64,000 nucleotides of DNA from the human T2T-CHM13v2.0 reference genome, Homo sapiens: NCBI RefSeq assembly GCF_009914755.1, contig NC_060938.1, one strand, 5' to 3'. Below the pieces are notes generated by a model. It was not told the origin of the DNA. It worked only from the letters and a program-made list of their open reading frames with translations, and made no database searches. The position numbers were made by a program, and so were the translations under genes. Numbering within the stretch: position 1 is the stretch's first letter; each line of letters begins with the position of its first letter. This document shows positions 14,555-27,985 of the stretch, in pieces.

Positions 14555-14820
14555 AAGAGAGAGAGAGAGACAGAGGGCAGAGAACATGCATGGAGCAGAG
14601 ACAGAGAGAAACACACACACACACGTGCACATACACACACACACACACACAGTCACACAGACATGCACAGACACACACTCACACAGTCATGCACGCGCAC
14701 ACACACACACATGCAGACACGTACGTACACCTGCACATACAGACATGCACACACACACGTGCACACACACACGGGGAAACAGAGACAGAAAAAGATACCC
14801 AGAGAGTAAGACAGACAGAA
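14555..14820. repeat. (GA)n/(CA)n-rich compound simple repeat
   Basis: Degenerate CA/CG/TG alternation at 14610-14772 flanked by GA-rich tracts. Confidence 0.9.
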
Positions 14821-16434
14821 AGATAATCTGGTAAGTAAAAATCAGACTAGTAGCTCGCAACCAAAGGATTAATGCCTAGGTTAAAAAAAAAAAGTGAGTT
14901 TTCAAAAGTAGGCTTCAAATAGTATTTTCTCACATTTATTAAACATAACCTTTTACCTTCAGTCAGAACCTAACAACAACTCAAAAACCCCAACACTGTA
15001 GGAAAGACACCTGGTGACCAACAAAAGCACCTCCCCATGCTTTGCCATGGGCAGAAGCTCAGAACATCTTTCCATTTATCCTTAATCCAACAAGGGGAAA
15101 AATATGACCCAAATTATCTCTCGTAAAAGCCGATTTTAAAAGCTACTTGGCATCTCAGCATGCACCACACAGTTCATCCCCCCAGGCGATCCTCGTGGCC
15201 TGAGGAAAGGCCCCTCCCCGGGGTATCCTCTCAAGCAAATCTCCTGAGAAGTCGCTCCTCATCCCACCTTCTCCTAAACACACGCATCCCTGGAGCAACC
15301 CTAAGTTCCCCTTTCACCAGCGACCATCAGATCTTGTCCATTCTCCATACAAACTCCAAGATCTCCACACCAGCCTGATTTTGTCTGAGGGTTACCTAAG
15401 AGGAGAACCGCAGGGAATCCCTGATGTAACCTTTTCTAACCCTCCAAACAGCAATTTCATCTGGTCCAAGCTAATATTCTGCCATCTGCTACATCTACCA
15501 AAAACCCTCCCTACGTCTGAGGGGCAGGGGAGCATCACTAAGTGAGAACACGGGTGAGCTTTCATCTGAGTTCTCTTGTGTGACTCTGTGCAGGTCTGTG
15601 GATCTCTGTTTCCCTCTCCGAACACTGTTCTTCTAAGACCCTGTCTACCATCATGGGTTCAAGACTCCCCAGAGCTCTGGCTGTGCCCATATAGTCCCTG
15701 GCACAGTCTCAGATAGTGGCAAGGTGGGTAAATAGTGCTTTTTCAAACAAAGACCGTCGAAAAGGCTCTAGAAAATTATGTATTCCAAAATGAAAACCAC
15801 TCTGGACATTAGGTGTGTAAGCCAATATTATATAGGTAGAATAAATGCTTTTCATAAAACACATTGCCATACTTTTTACTTACATAATTTTTAGGTATCT
15901 AAGGACATGTTTTCAAACCTTGAATCAAACATCATGTAGGATGAATGTCCACTATTGAATACGGGGTAATTTTACAGACTGTCAATTCTTTGGGCATTCT
16001 GCACTTCTTGCTAATAATTTTTGCCATTTATTTTCCTGGTTTGCGTAAGGCCTTTGTTACTAGGTCTTACAAAAGGTGGGATGGGTGACAGAATGGAAAC
16101 TCTCGCCTAAGTCAGTACTACTATTACAGTCCAGGGTTCCATAATCTCCCCCGTCACTTACCCTAATTAATTGTGAGAGCAGGCAGACCCAGATCAGTAG
16201 CTCCTACCATTCCTGATTATCAGCCTGATTTCCGCTAACAGACCACCTTATCTGAGGCAGGAGACTTACCAAGTATCTTTAAATCACAGAACTGTTAGAA
16301 TGTGGTATGCAGCGAATTATCATGTCTTACACAGTTGATGAATTCTCTATAAGGAAGAATGTCTAAAGTTTATATTACCTAATTTATCTTATCTGATTTT
16401 CAAGATTTCCTATAAAGTTACAGGAACCAGGACA

Positions 16435-16735
16435 CTCTCATACTGGCGTAAGTCTAGACATATAGACCAATCGAACAGAACAGCATTCGGAAATAGACTC
16501 ACACGCATGTGGTCAACGGATTTTTGACAAGGGTACTGAGATAATGCAAGGAGGGGAAAGCAAGTGTTAGAACAACCAGAGATCCATTTGGGAAAAAAAT
16601 GAACCTTGAGCCTTACACCTCATACCACATATAAAAATTAGAAATGGATCATACACCTAAATGTAGGAACTAAAACGATAAAACTTCCAGAAGAAAATAT
16701 AGGAGGAAAAATAGCAATAATTCTCAAGGACAGAC
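16435..16735 (+). mobile_element. L1M ORF2 fragment
   Basis: tagacatatagaccaat..aacagaa, acacctcataccacatataaaaatta, aaatggatcatacacctaaatgta. Confidence 0.8.
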
Positions 16736-17059
16736 ATATGTAGAAGACAGCAGAACTCTTGTAGATAGATCCTTTGGATGAAATCTATGTGTGTTGTCTA
16801 AAACGATAGGCTTTTTGTTTGCCTGTTTTGGGGATTGTGGGAGAGGGTTTCCATAATTGTGGTGTACGGCAGTCTCCTAGAAATGGTCAGATAGCCACAG
16901 GTTCAGTTGAATTCTGATCTAATATATCCGTCACTAGGGATCTCAGGTAGAGCAACAACTTAGTCTGATATAATGAACCATGCTGATAAATAACAGAAAT
17001 ATTTAAAATCTCTAATACAGTTGTAATTCACGTCAGTAAAAATTATTACACTCCCATAT

Positions 17060-17490
17060 ACAGTCACTAAAACTTTTACCAAGTACTTTCCTATATATTA
17101 GATGATGGGGATATAAGGTAACTACAAGCAAGAGGGAGGGGGAGATAGAGCGAGAGAGAGAGAATGAATTAAGGAGGCAATGAAAATATACTATGGTACA
17201 TGCTAGGACAGGGGGCCTAGAGGCAGAAAGGATGGAGACACCTAACCCAAACTAAGGGGTATTTGGGAAGGCTTCCTTCCTGTAGGAAGTGTCAACTAAA
17301 CTGGAGTTCAAAGGCAGAAAAATGGCACATACAAAGACCTGGAAGTGATTTTTTAATGATGCAGAATGTGCTCAAGGAACTAAAAGGCTGCTTTTGGACA
17401 GCACACAATCCTAGCAGAAATGAGATGTGTTTGGACTTTATCCTATGGGTAGTGGGAAAACCATTAAAGGGTTTTGAGCAGAGAAGTGCC
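17060..17490 (-). mobile_element. L2 fragments
   Basis: tttggactttatcctatgggtagtgggaaaaccattaaagggttttgagcag. Confidence 0.55.
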
Positions 17491-17514
17491 CTGCGCTGCA
17501 GCAGCTGACAGCCA

Positions 17515-17695
17515 GGCTCTGCAAACCAACCTAGGTCTACATCTCATCTCTGTCAATTATTGATCGTGTCCCCTGAGCAAGCTACTTAAACTCCTTAAGT
17601 AAGATGGGGGACAAAAATGATATTTACCCAGGGTCTCTGGAGACTTAGCTGAGTTACGGAAGGCACGAGTATTTGGAAAATACATGTTGGTCATC
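17515..17695 (+). mobile_element. MIR fragment
   Basis: gtccctgagcaagctacttaaactcc..aagatggggacaaaaatg. Confidence 0.5.
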
Positions 17696-18251
17696 AATAT
17701 CGTCATCATCAACATGATCAACATCCACAGAGGAATCCTGAGGCGGCCTGTGCTTTCTCTACTTCAGAGGAGCTGAAAACCCATAAGGAACAGAATGGGA
17801 CAGAAACCAGACCATGCTGGAAGAATGTAGCCATCTTCCTGGTGACAGAGTTGCTGGAAGAGCAACAGATGCTGTTATGGTGCTTCTGCTCCCCTTGTGC
17901 ATAGCATGTCATATCAGAGCCACCCTTGCAGCAAAAACACCCAAAACACGTAAAGTTGGACAAAGATGAGGGAAGCCCTGGAACAGGAGCAGAGCAAATC
18001 CAAGTTAGGGAGCGCAAGTTCTTCTTAACCCTAGCATGGTTGTCAAGCCATCTGCCAATCAAGGAAGAAAAGCACCCCTGGGGAGAGTGTGGCATGACAG
18101 AGTCCTCTGCCCAAATACTCAGAACATGTAAGCATCAGGCGCATGGCCAGCAGAGAGGAAAACTAGGAAAGGAAGCCAGTCGTCACCAAGTTCCTACTGG
18201 AGACCACGTTCTTTGGATGTTCCTTGTCTCACGGAACCCTCAGGGATGAGG

Positions 18252-18480
18252 TATACTGCAGTGGTTAAGAGTGTGAGCTCTGAGCCACACAGCCTCAGTT
18301 TGGCCTTGCCCCGTTACTGGCTCTGTGGCCTTGGCCTAGTGCCTTCACCTTCCTGGGTCTCCATTTCCTCACTGGTGAAGGAGGCTTAAACATACCTTGC
18401 AGGATTGCTCTGGGGATGAAATAAGATAAGCTAGGTCAACGGCTTAGCTCAGTGGCTGGCTCGTTATGTAAGCTCATCAT
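18252..18480 (+). mobile_element. MIR
   Basis: gcagtggttaagagtgtgagctctg...gtggccttgg...tttcctcact. Confidence 0.75.
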
Positions 18481-21400
18481 TGTCATCGTCACCGTCATCC
18501 TTCTGCCATCCTATATCACCTCTCCAGCATCCTCTTACTAATGATCTACAAGGATAGGGCTGAAAGGGGTCCGGACATGGGGAAATACTTTCAGCCCATT
18601 ATGCTTTTTGTAGTTATTCCTAACTGCATTTACCTATTAAAACATCTTCCTGATTAATGAACAGCATTCACTTCAAAGAGAATCTCATGGACAAAGCTCT
18701 CTTGCAGCATTAATAGGCTTTCCCTGAGCTATTTCCTGAACCTCACAAGACTCCTGGCATGTAGACTCAGCTCTTCCTCTGAATCCTGCAGCTTGTTCTC
18801 AAATGAGCTGCAACTAAATGCTGCCTCTGCCAACCCTGGCACTTCTCCGTCCTCATCATTGGCAGTCTTCTCCATGGAGAGATGGCGGATGTGCTCGTGT
18901 TTGCTCACCAGCTGCCAGAAGCCAGCTGTGACACTTAACTATACCCCTGTCTTTCTCCTTTCTGTCCCCATCCCCAAGTGTCAGGAACGTGGCTTCTGAA
19001 GAACAAGTCACAGCCAGTCTAAAATGGCTCTGTTAGAGAAAGGCATTCTGAGGCCCACAGTTCACTACTCTACATTAGGAAGCTCGGTGGGAACATGAGT
19101 CCATTCTTCAGCCTTTTCTCTACCAGCAAATCTACTCTTTCCCTTCCTTTTACTCTGTTTCCCTCAGAGCATATTAAGACACCGAAAGACCAAAACCTTT
19201 ACAGCCAATCTGACGCACCTGATGTACTGAAGTGCACTGGCCTCCAGCTATGTAAGACATCAGAAGGGCTGGACGTTGAAAGTCAACTTCTTCCTCGGAT
19301 TTGTGGCTCTCTCCAGACAAGGCCCAGGCCTCTAGCATCATCCTTGCAGGTTAGGCCAGTTACGTATTTATCTTTTAGATGAGAGAATACCCACCCCTGA
19401 GGCTCTCAGGATGAGGGACATTGGCGCCACACTTCCCCACACTTGCCATCAGCCACGTTCTCTGCAGTTAGAGAGGGACTCTTAAGCTTTCTGGTTTTAA
19501 CTAGCAAGAAGGCAACCTTCACACATAAGAAGAGAGCCAAACAGAGCAGCACTGCTCATTGTAGATGCTATGTTCTAAATGGGATAACGCAATCCTGAGA
19601 ATCTTAAAAAGAAAAAAGTCTAAGGTCCAAGACAAACTCCTCCACGCTACATTGTCCCTCAGCACTTCCCCAGCTCCCCTCCTGAGGCTTAGCTTCCTTG
19701 GTTTTTCACAACTTCTAAAATTAACCTCTGAGCTCTTGCCGCTGCCTTTGGAGGGCAGCCCTGGCTAACTCTCTCAGAGGCCATAAGCTGAGCAGCAGGT
19801 GATTCCGCTAATCCTTCCCTTTCCTAAAGTCAGCCTTTCCACCTGCTTACTTGGAAGCACACTGGGGAGGGGGCTGGCACGGGGAGACACAGCCTATTTC
19901 CTAGTTGTCTTCCCTCTGCTGTGCCTGGTGTGTCTGACATACATCCCAGTTCCAGGCAGGGGGAGGAACGCCTTCCCCCAATCCCTCCCCTTCCCTCGTT
20001 CCATTTTGTTGTTTTGTTTATTATCTAGTTTGTCTCTGGGAACCTTCCAACCAGGGATTATATAAGCCTTTGAAGATGAGTAATGGAGATCTGGCTTCTC
20101 CTGACTAACAAGTCCTCCATTGGGGTTAAAGCTGACTCACGGGGCTTGTCAAACGGGAACTGCAAAGCAGGTACTGAAGGAGATACTAGAAGCTGGAATG
20201 AATCTACATAGCCATTTTGAGGGTGGAGAGGGTGGGGTAGGCAGATGGATTTGACTGGAGCATAATCCAAAGTCCAGGGGGTAATGAGCCAGCCATGTCC
20301 CATGCTGACTGTTCTGAAGGCAGCATCCTATAGAGCGCGTGAGACATGGTGGCTCTCCTTGCAGAATGTTTCCTATGCTGCAAACGGGCAAAGTCTAAAA
20401 GGGCTAATGTCACATGCACAGCGGATGCTGCCAGGAGGACAAAATGTTGTAGCCTGAGGTTTTTATTAGGTGCACACTGCCGCTGCACTGCAAGTGAAGC
20501 ATTAGACTGAAATGAGAGGTGGAGGGACCCCTAGGGACTCCAGCCCAAGCAAGACATGGTGTGCTGGGCTCCCTTGGGGCAACACGGACCCTCCAATGAT
20601 AAAGAGGCTTGCTCTGCCTGGGGCTCTCACCAGAGTCTGAGCCATTTCCTTTGTGCAACCTAGTCAGCTTCAGACCCTGGACTGTGGCCAGTCTGCCGGC
20701 CTTGAGCTACCTTTACAGATGCTGAGCAAGGGTAGGAGGAAGAGAAAAGATCTAAGTGGCTGCCATCTGGTGACCTGGAGTGGCTATGAAGGGTGAGGAC
20801 AAAGGAAAAGCCTTCCAGCTATCCAGGCCAGCCTCTATCTGCTGGGAGCAGAACAGCAGCAGAGACTAGGTTGGTGGCCCCCATGCAAGCAGGGGCATCT
20901 AGCAGCCCAAGAGGTGAAAACAAGGGGCTATAAATAGCACCGCACGAGGAAGCTCTATCAACAGAGCCCAGCCATAGCACCAGCCCACGGGGGAATACAG
21001 GCAGGCTCTGCGCAGACAGGAAATGTGTTGCTCTCCGAAGCCACACTCTCCACTCATGGGCAGTGGCAGGACCCCTCAACCTAGAGAAGACCTGGGATAT
21101 ATCCACACTGGGACACAGGCACACAAACACCCCTACATAGGCTGCCCACACACCATCACTGTGGCTGGCTGGCTGTTGCCTTTAACCATTTTTGCACAGG
21201 AATAGCCTCTCACTTTTTCCAGGCCTTGGGCGATGCCGGCAGGGCAGGGGATGACTGCCTAATCATTCTGCCTGTAATGCTTCTCCCTTAAGAAGGCAAA
21301 GGACTGCCTCAAATCCCAAGGCAAATAACGTTATGCAATATAAAATGAAAAGAAAGGTGGCGGGGGTAGGGGGCACGGAGAAAGAGTGAAGCCAGAAAGA

Positions 21401-22110
21401 GCTAACCACAAGCTGCAGATACATTCCTCTGGTTGGGTTTATGGGGAGGATGGGCCAGCTGGCTTCCCAAGTGCACAGAGAAGACGCTCCATGCATCTTC
21501 ACTCCCTTGCTAAGGAACTGCTCCAATCCTTGGGGTCCTTACAACCTGCTCCTTGACTGTACTTGCCCTTGACCTCCAGGGCATTGAACCAGGGCTGGCG
21601 GTCAGATGGGACGGTGAATGCAAAGGTAGACTCCCTACTTTCTGCCCAGTCTTCACATTTACTTCTCTGTTATTCCTGTCCATGAGCGTCTCCTTCTGTG
21701 ACCTTTGTAGGCACCCCGGGTTCTTTCCTTCCACTGTCTTGGAGCCCCGTTCTTGGCCTGGGGCTTTCATGAAGGCTGTGGCTGGATTTCTCACACAGCG
21801 GTAATAGCCTTCTAAAAAAAAGCCTTCTAAAAATGAGCCTACAGCTTCAAAACATGAACACTGAGCTTGTAAAACTCAAATTCAGCATTTCAATGTAAAT
21901 AGGACCGTGGCTACCCTGGAAAAAGAAGTATTTACAGTCTGAGTATTACAGAGTTGGAGAGGGGAGGCGAACACTGAAAACAACTCACTTGTCAACTCAT
22001 CAGGAGAAGCCTTTTTCCTTTCCTACCTATGCTCAAGAATCCAGTAATCATGGACGTTTATGGAAGCTGCTGAGGATCTGTGAAGGATCAATCAGTCCCC
22101 TTGCCTGGCT

Positions 22111-22279
22111 TGGTTTCATTTCAAAGATATTCCAGGCTCCAGCAGGCCTGCTTCACCAGACTCTTCTCCAAAATGGCAGCTTGGTGATGAGGTCCCAGAA
22201 GAGACAGAAATTTCTAAAAATGGGTACTGCTCCGGTCCATTACGTTTAAGCTGGCCCCATATAGCCTCTTCTAGCAGAA
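22111..22279 (+). repeat. Direct duplication A, copy 1 (169 bp)
   Basis: Ungapped match to 23565-23733 with about 14 mismatches by eye. Confidence 0.95.
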
Positions 22280-23564
22280 GGTCATGGTCCCATTTTCCCT
22301 CTGAACTTCAGCAACCAGCTGGAAGTATTTTTGTGAAACTAATGATCACTGTGTAGTGGCTGGGTGCAAAGGAAGGTGCTCGAATCTTACATGGCTCTGA
22401 TGAAATCAGTATGTTTCCACTGGGTTGAGTTATGCAACTTAATTTTAGAAATCTTTTCAGCCTGGAACTTGATTACAATCTGGTCTGTACTTTTCCTGCA
22501 ATGCCATCTAAGAATGGAAGTTTATTTAAAAAAAAAAATTTAAAAACATATACATTTCTCTGAAATATGAAACATCATTTAAAAACCACACTCCAGGTTA
22601 ACTGCTAGTTATAGAGCTAGGCCAGTGACACACCTGCTTAGCAGTGGTGTTTGCATGTCAGAGGTGTAGGCAGTCCAACATTGCAATGGCTGGAGGTCTG
22701 AGTTTGGAAAGAGAGAATCAGAACTCTAGACTGTTCGGAACAGGTAATGGCAGCTCCAGGCAGAGGAACAAGTCTCCCTGAGAATGCTCAGCTGAATTTC
22801 TTGGGTCTTTTAAAATAGGAACAAATAAGAAAGGTTGGAGTCAAATATCCTAAAGTTGTCAGGAAGGCTGGGACAAGCAGAGGGGCTATGACGGATGGCC
22901 TGGAACTCCACGTAGTCCAATACTAACAAAAGGCACCTGTTTTGGGTCTGAGGATGGATGTTTTCCTGTGTGAAGTAGCATCCACTCCAAAGGCAGGGAC
23001 TTCCCACTGCTCAGCAAGCCATGTGGCCCTCAGAGAGCCAGAACCCAAAATGAGCTGAAGGCCTAGCCATAAGAAGGAGACAGGTGAGTGCCAGCCCCTA
23101 AGCGGTGGTGTTGTAGTGGCGTCTGCTGCTTCATGTCACTATTTCCTCACTACCGTGTTTCATCAGTAAGAGGCTGTAACACAGCAATGTCCTAACAACA
23201 AGCTGAGCAGACCCTGGTAAACCAGCTGTCTGTGTGTTCAACAGGGTTCTAGCTGGGTATGGGATGTGGGCACTGGTACTGACCTCGAGTGGGGAGAAGG
23301 AAGGGACAGATATCTTTGTTTGAAGTCACTCTTCATCCCTTGGGAAGAGATCTTTCTAAAACCATGGTAGACTATCTCCAGAGATGGTAAAAACCTCAGG
23401 TGGTGAGAAGAGAAGTCTCAGTAAGGAAATGTTGTCTCAAACTTGACATTGTTGAAGGCCAACAAAAAGAAGGTGAGGATGGGAGTCCTGCTTAGCTAAA
23501 CAGCCCTACCCTGCTATCTGGGGCAGCCTGGGAGGCTGGATAGAAATGGTCCAAGCTGGTAGCG

Positions 23565-23733
23565 TGGTTTCATTTCAAAGATATTCCAGGCTCCAACAGG
23601 CCTATTTCACTAGACTCTTCTCCAAAATGGCAGCCTGGCGATGAGGTCCCAGAAGAGAAAGAAATTTCTAAAAATGGGTACTGCTCAGGTCCATTAGGGT
23701 TAAGTTGACCCCATGTAGCCTCTTCTAGGAGAA
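23565..23733 (+). repeat. Direct duplication A, copy 2
   Basis: Matches 22111-22279. Confidence 0.95.
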
Positions 23734-24829
23734 ACTACAAACTCACAGGAACAATACCTGCAGGAGCAAGGAAGGCCTCTTCACTGGGACTCATTAAAGG
23801 ATCTGTTTCCCTTTCCCCAAGTCTTAAGTCCTGAAATTATATAAGAACTTTCTCATCTTGGAAACACACCTATGCATTCATTCATACATATGCATGGCTG
23901 CATGTTTATATGCATATGCATGTAATCATGCACTTATGTAGCTTTTAAAGTGATTCTATAAGGGAAGTTCTACTTTAGCATTAGTTCTTCCTATGACCTG
24001 GTGTATAAATGAGAAGGTTAAGTTCACAAACTATGGTGCTGTAGGCTATAGAAATATCTACTCACAACCTGCTTGTATCTCAGGGGGAGTATTCAAAAGC
24101 ATCATGGCACTGGCAGCATCAATGTCAGGATCTGGAAAAATCAACCAATAAATAACATTATTTACAACGGGGCCGGTGTGTGTGTGTGTTTTTCCCCCTG
24201 CAAGTTACAGTTTATGAATGCAACAGAGAAAAAAAAAATATCCAGCAACTGGATGAGCTATCCCAAAGGCGACTTTCTTCCCAGTGGGATTTGAGAAGAA
24301 GAAAAGGTATTCTAGAATGAGATTTAAGGATCATGTTAGTAAATTTTTCATCACACAAGCATGGTTTCTTCTCATTTTGTTAATTTTATAATTTGCACTG
24401 TATGTTCCTGATAAATTGCTGATCTATGCACCCCCACAGCTTTTACCGTGGGGTGGGGAGCAGGAGAGTCAGTGACAATAGGAAGTTCAGCCATATGAAT
24501 CTTTAATGAACTGGGGAAAGCTCACAGCATCAAGAAAGCATTAAATACACCTGCATCTAGTGAGATACAAACAAGACATGTGGTCATTTCCATTTGTCAG
24601 CAGAATGTAAATTGTGTTTCACGAGGTTATGTGTTTGTAACAGTGGTGTGGATGTGGTGAAGGCATTAAAAAAAAGCACTTAAAATATAAAGAAAAAAGT
24701 AAAGTTGTCATGTTGAGGGCACAATGTTTGCTTCCACTTCTATTATTGCTTTTAATATGGGTAAAAAAAAAATACTCATCACTCCATTGCTATAATTCTT
24801 AATAGGTTTCTGAATCCTTACTGATCCAC

Positions 24830-25270
24830 CAGTTGACAGATGGCAGGTTATATAGAGACAGAGAAAAATATTATCCTTTTATAACTAAATTCATTTTCCT
24901 CTGAGAAACAGCAGCTCTGCTGCTATGGAAATGAAGGTCACCATGGCAACAGTAAACAACCCCCAAGAATGGTCACTGAATAGGCTGAAAAGAACATCTG
25001 CCCCAGCGCAGCGTCCCAGCTGCCCTGGGGCGAAATTCACTAATAGTGCGGTGATGCCGCGTGACAGAAGCTGCCGCCTGTGCCCTGTCCAAATAAATGA
25101 AGTGTGCAATTGAAGTCGACATCAAAATGCCTTCCCTTGCAGATTACTGCCTCTGTGTCCGCCAAACCCAATGACTAATGATGGGGGACAAGGGGCTCGC
25201 ACTTGTCAGTTTTTGTACAAATTACATACCAAAAAATTCAATTTGCTACTAATGGCTCCATGGCACCTTA
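24830..25270. promoter_or_regulatory. Enhancer-like unique block with RFX X-box and forkhead site
   Basis: GTCACCATGGCAAC at 24937-24950, GTAAACA at 24952-24958, TGACAG at 24834 and 25062, retained CpGs. Confidence 0.55.
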
Positions 25271-25629
25271 TTTTGGATATTATGCTAGAAAATTACTTTT
25301 TTAATGTTTAAAAAAGTACATTTTTCATACTTTATATGTGTGGTTTAATTCCAAAGGAGTAACATGATTGGTAAAAAGAGGCCCACAAGCGATTAATGAT
25401 ATGGATAATGCTGGTTCCCGAAAACAGGGTCTCAAAAAAAAAAAAAAATAGAACTTGACTTTGAAGAGTTTTTTTTCTATTTTGCCTGCAGGAGGCCTGT
25501 TACTTACATTCCATAATGGACTAAAAGTTTATTTTAATAAGTACATTATATGAGAAACAAGTAAATTAACTTATTTGGCAACCCTAGGGGTGAAATTCCT
25601 AAAACAGTCACCATTTCCCACTGATATTA

Positions 25630-26522
25630 GTATATATATATATACACATATATATAACTATAATATATAATATATATTAGCTAATATAATTAATCATTAA
25701 TCATCAACTAACATATATAAACTATTATATATAATAATATACATACTATATTAGCTATTATATATAATAGTATATATACAGTTTATATATTTGGCAACTC
25801 CAGGGGTGAAATACCTTAAACAGTCACCATTTCCCACTGATATTAATATATATTATATATTAATATATTAACTACAATGCACATTAAATATGTATATGAA
25901 TATTATATATTAAGTATATTATATTAACCATTATATATAACAGTATATATTAAGTACTTATATATACTATATAATAAACTATGCATACTATTATATATGA
26001 TCATTAATAAAATATATAGTTATATGTAATAGTATACAGTTTATATATTAACTATTTTATATAAGTTAATATACAAACTACAAAATATCAGTTTATAATA
26101 GTTGTAATAGTTTATAATACATAAATTATATATTATATATAAACTATAGTTTATATATACTATTACATATAATAGTTAACATTTTATAAACTATATATTA
26201 GTTTATAATAGTTGTATATAACTTTATAACATATGAATTATACAATATATAACACATATGTTATATGTAATATAAACTATATAATATAAGCTATATAAAC
26301 TATATAATATAAACTATATAAATCTTATATAGTTTATATATACTATTATATATAATAGTTAATATACACTACTATATATAATGGTTAATAGTTTATACTA
26401 TTATATAATAGTTAATATATGTATACTATCATATATAATAGTTTATATATTATTAGTTGAATTTTATATATTTAATATATATAAATATATAAGATATAGA
26501 AAAATATATATATTTATATATA
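25630..26522. repeat. AT-rich low-complexity (TA)n-derived island
   Basis: About 900 bp almost devoid of G/C, with recurring ATAAACTATA / TATAGTTTAT motifs. Confidence 0.95.
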
Positions 26523-27224
26523 AAACCATTCAGCTAAAAAACTAAAAGTTCTTCCCACTGCCCCTGTGGCTCCCACTGCCCCGGGTCCCTTGGTCCCCCA
26601 CAGGGCCTGTTGCCTGCAAGCAGCACTCACAGCCCCAGCATTCTTGCTGGCATCTCACAAGTCACAAGGGACAAGCAGTTCCTAAGGGGGGCTGTTAAGG
26701 CCTCAGGCCTTTCCCTCTTGCCCCTCGTTTTAGAAAGGGCCTTTTCCTTTCTCAGGGGGTAGCCAAGAAAAACGATTTTTTCCTGCCAAGCAAAAGGTCT
26801 CTGCCATTATTGAGAACGAAAGTGCTACAGGTGACCATGGTTGGCCTGGCTACATGGTCCCTGCCTCCGCAGGTGACTCGTACCCAAAGTTTTTCTCGGT
26901 GGCCAGGAGGTTTGCTGGGCCCAGAACAAGAAGAAACACAGGGAGGAAGTCTGGAGTCTTTTCCTATTTATATGGCCAGAAAATTAAAGAAAATATTTCA
27001 GTATTCTTCCAAAACACATTAAAGGAAATTGTAGAGGGACACAAATAAAAAGAAGACATAGTGAAAGAAAGAAAACAGAAAGAGAGAAAGAAAACCTTAA
27101 AGGAAAAGTATTCCATCAATAATCACACATGTGGGAGAACCTAAGTGGGACATTCCCAAGGCACACTTGTGGGGGTGCTTTGGATCTGTAGAGCATCCAC
27201 CTATGACCCCCCACCCCCCCACCT

Positions 27225-27985
27225 TCTGTTATTCATCAAAGATGGGGTGTCAATAGTTCATTCCTTATGGCTATCGCTGAGTGGTAGTCACTGAACGGAA
27301 ATACCGCAATCCATTCACCGGTAGGTTGACACTGGATTGTTTCCAGTTTGGGATATGATAAAAAAGCTGCTGTGAACTTTTATACCAGTCTTTTTTGAAC
27401 CTGTGTTTTCATTTCTCTTGGAAAATTGCTGGTAAATGTATATTTAGCTTTATAGAGAATTGCTACATTGTTTTCCAAAGAGGGTGTACCACGTAGGAGA
27501 GTTCCAGTTGCTCCATATTTTTTTTGCCACTACTTGAAATTGTCAATCTTTAAAAACGTTAGCCATCTAGGGGATATATAGTAATATTTCACTGGGGTTT
27601 TCATTTTTATTTCCCTAATGACAAATAACCTTGAGCATCTTTTCATGTGCTTGATGGCCATTCGTATCTTACATGAAAAGTCTGTTAAAGTCTTTTACCC
27701 ATTTTTTAGTTAGGTGGTTCAACTAGTATTATTCAGTTGTAAGATTTTAAAAAATATTCTGAATATAAGTCCTCTGTGAGATACATGGTTTTTTTTTCTC
27801 AGTCCATGGTTTACTATTCAGTTTCTTAAGAGTGTCTTTTAATAAGCAGAAGTCTTTAATTTTTTAGTCCAGTTTACCATTTTGTTCTTTTATAGCTTAA
27901 TGTCTTTTGTGTTCTAAGAAATCTTAGCCTACCCTAAAATTGCAAAGATTTCCCAAGTGTCATCTTTTATGTTTTCATTTGTGAG
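27225..27985 (-). mobile_element. L1M 3' fragment
   Basis: gattgtttccagtttggg, agagttccagttgctccat, ttgagcatcttttcatgtgctt. Confidence 0.85.

Noticed and set aside
16270-16346. 77-nt - strand exon (ttccttatag| ... TTG|gtaagt)
   Set aside because: Such site pairs arise often by chance in 64 kb, and there is no compositional support
21806-21840. agccttctaaaaa microduplication (also taagaatggc twice near 62117)
   Set aside because: Ordinary slippage duplications
22111-23733. Doublet A as the two LTRs of a miniature retroelement
   Set aside because: Copy 1 reads TG..CA, but there is no primer-binding site, no polypurine tract, no TSD, and copy 2 lacks CA at that position
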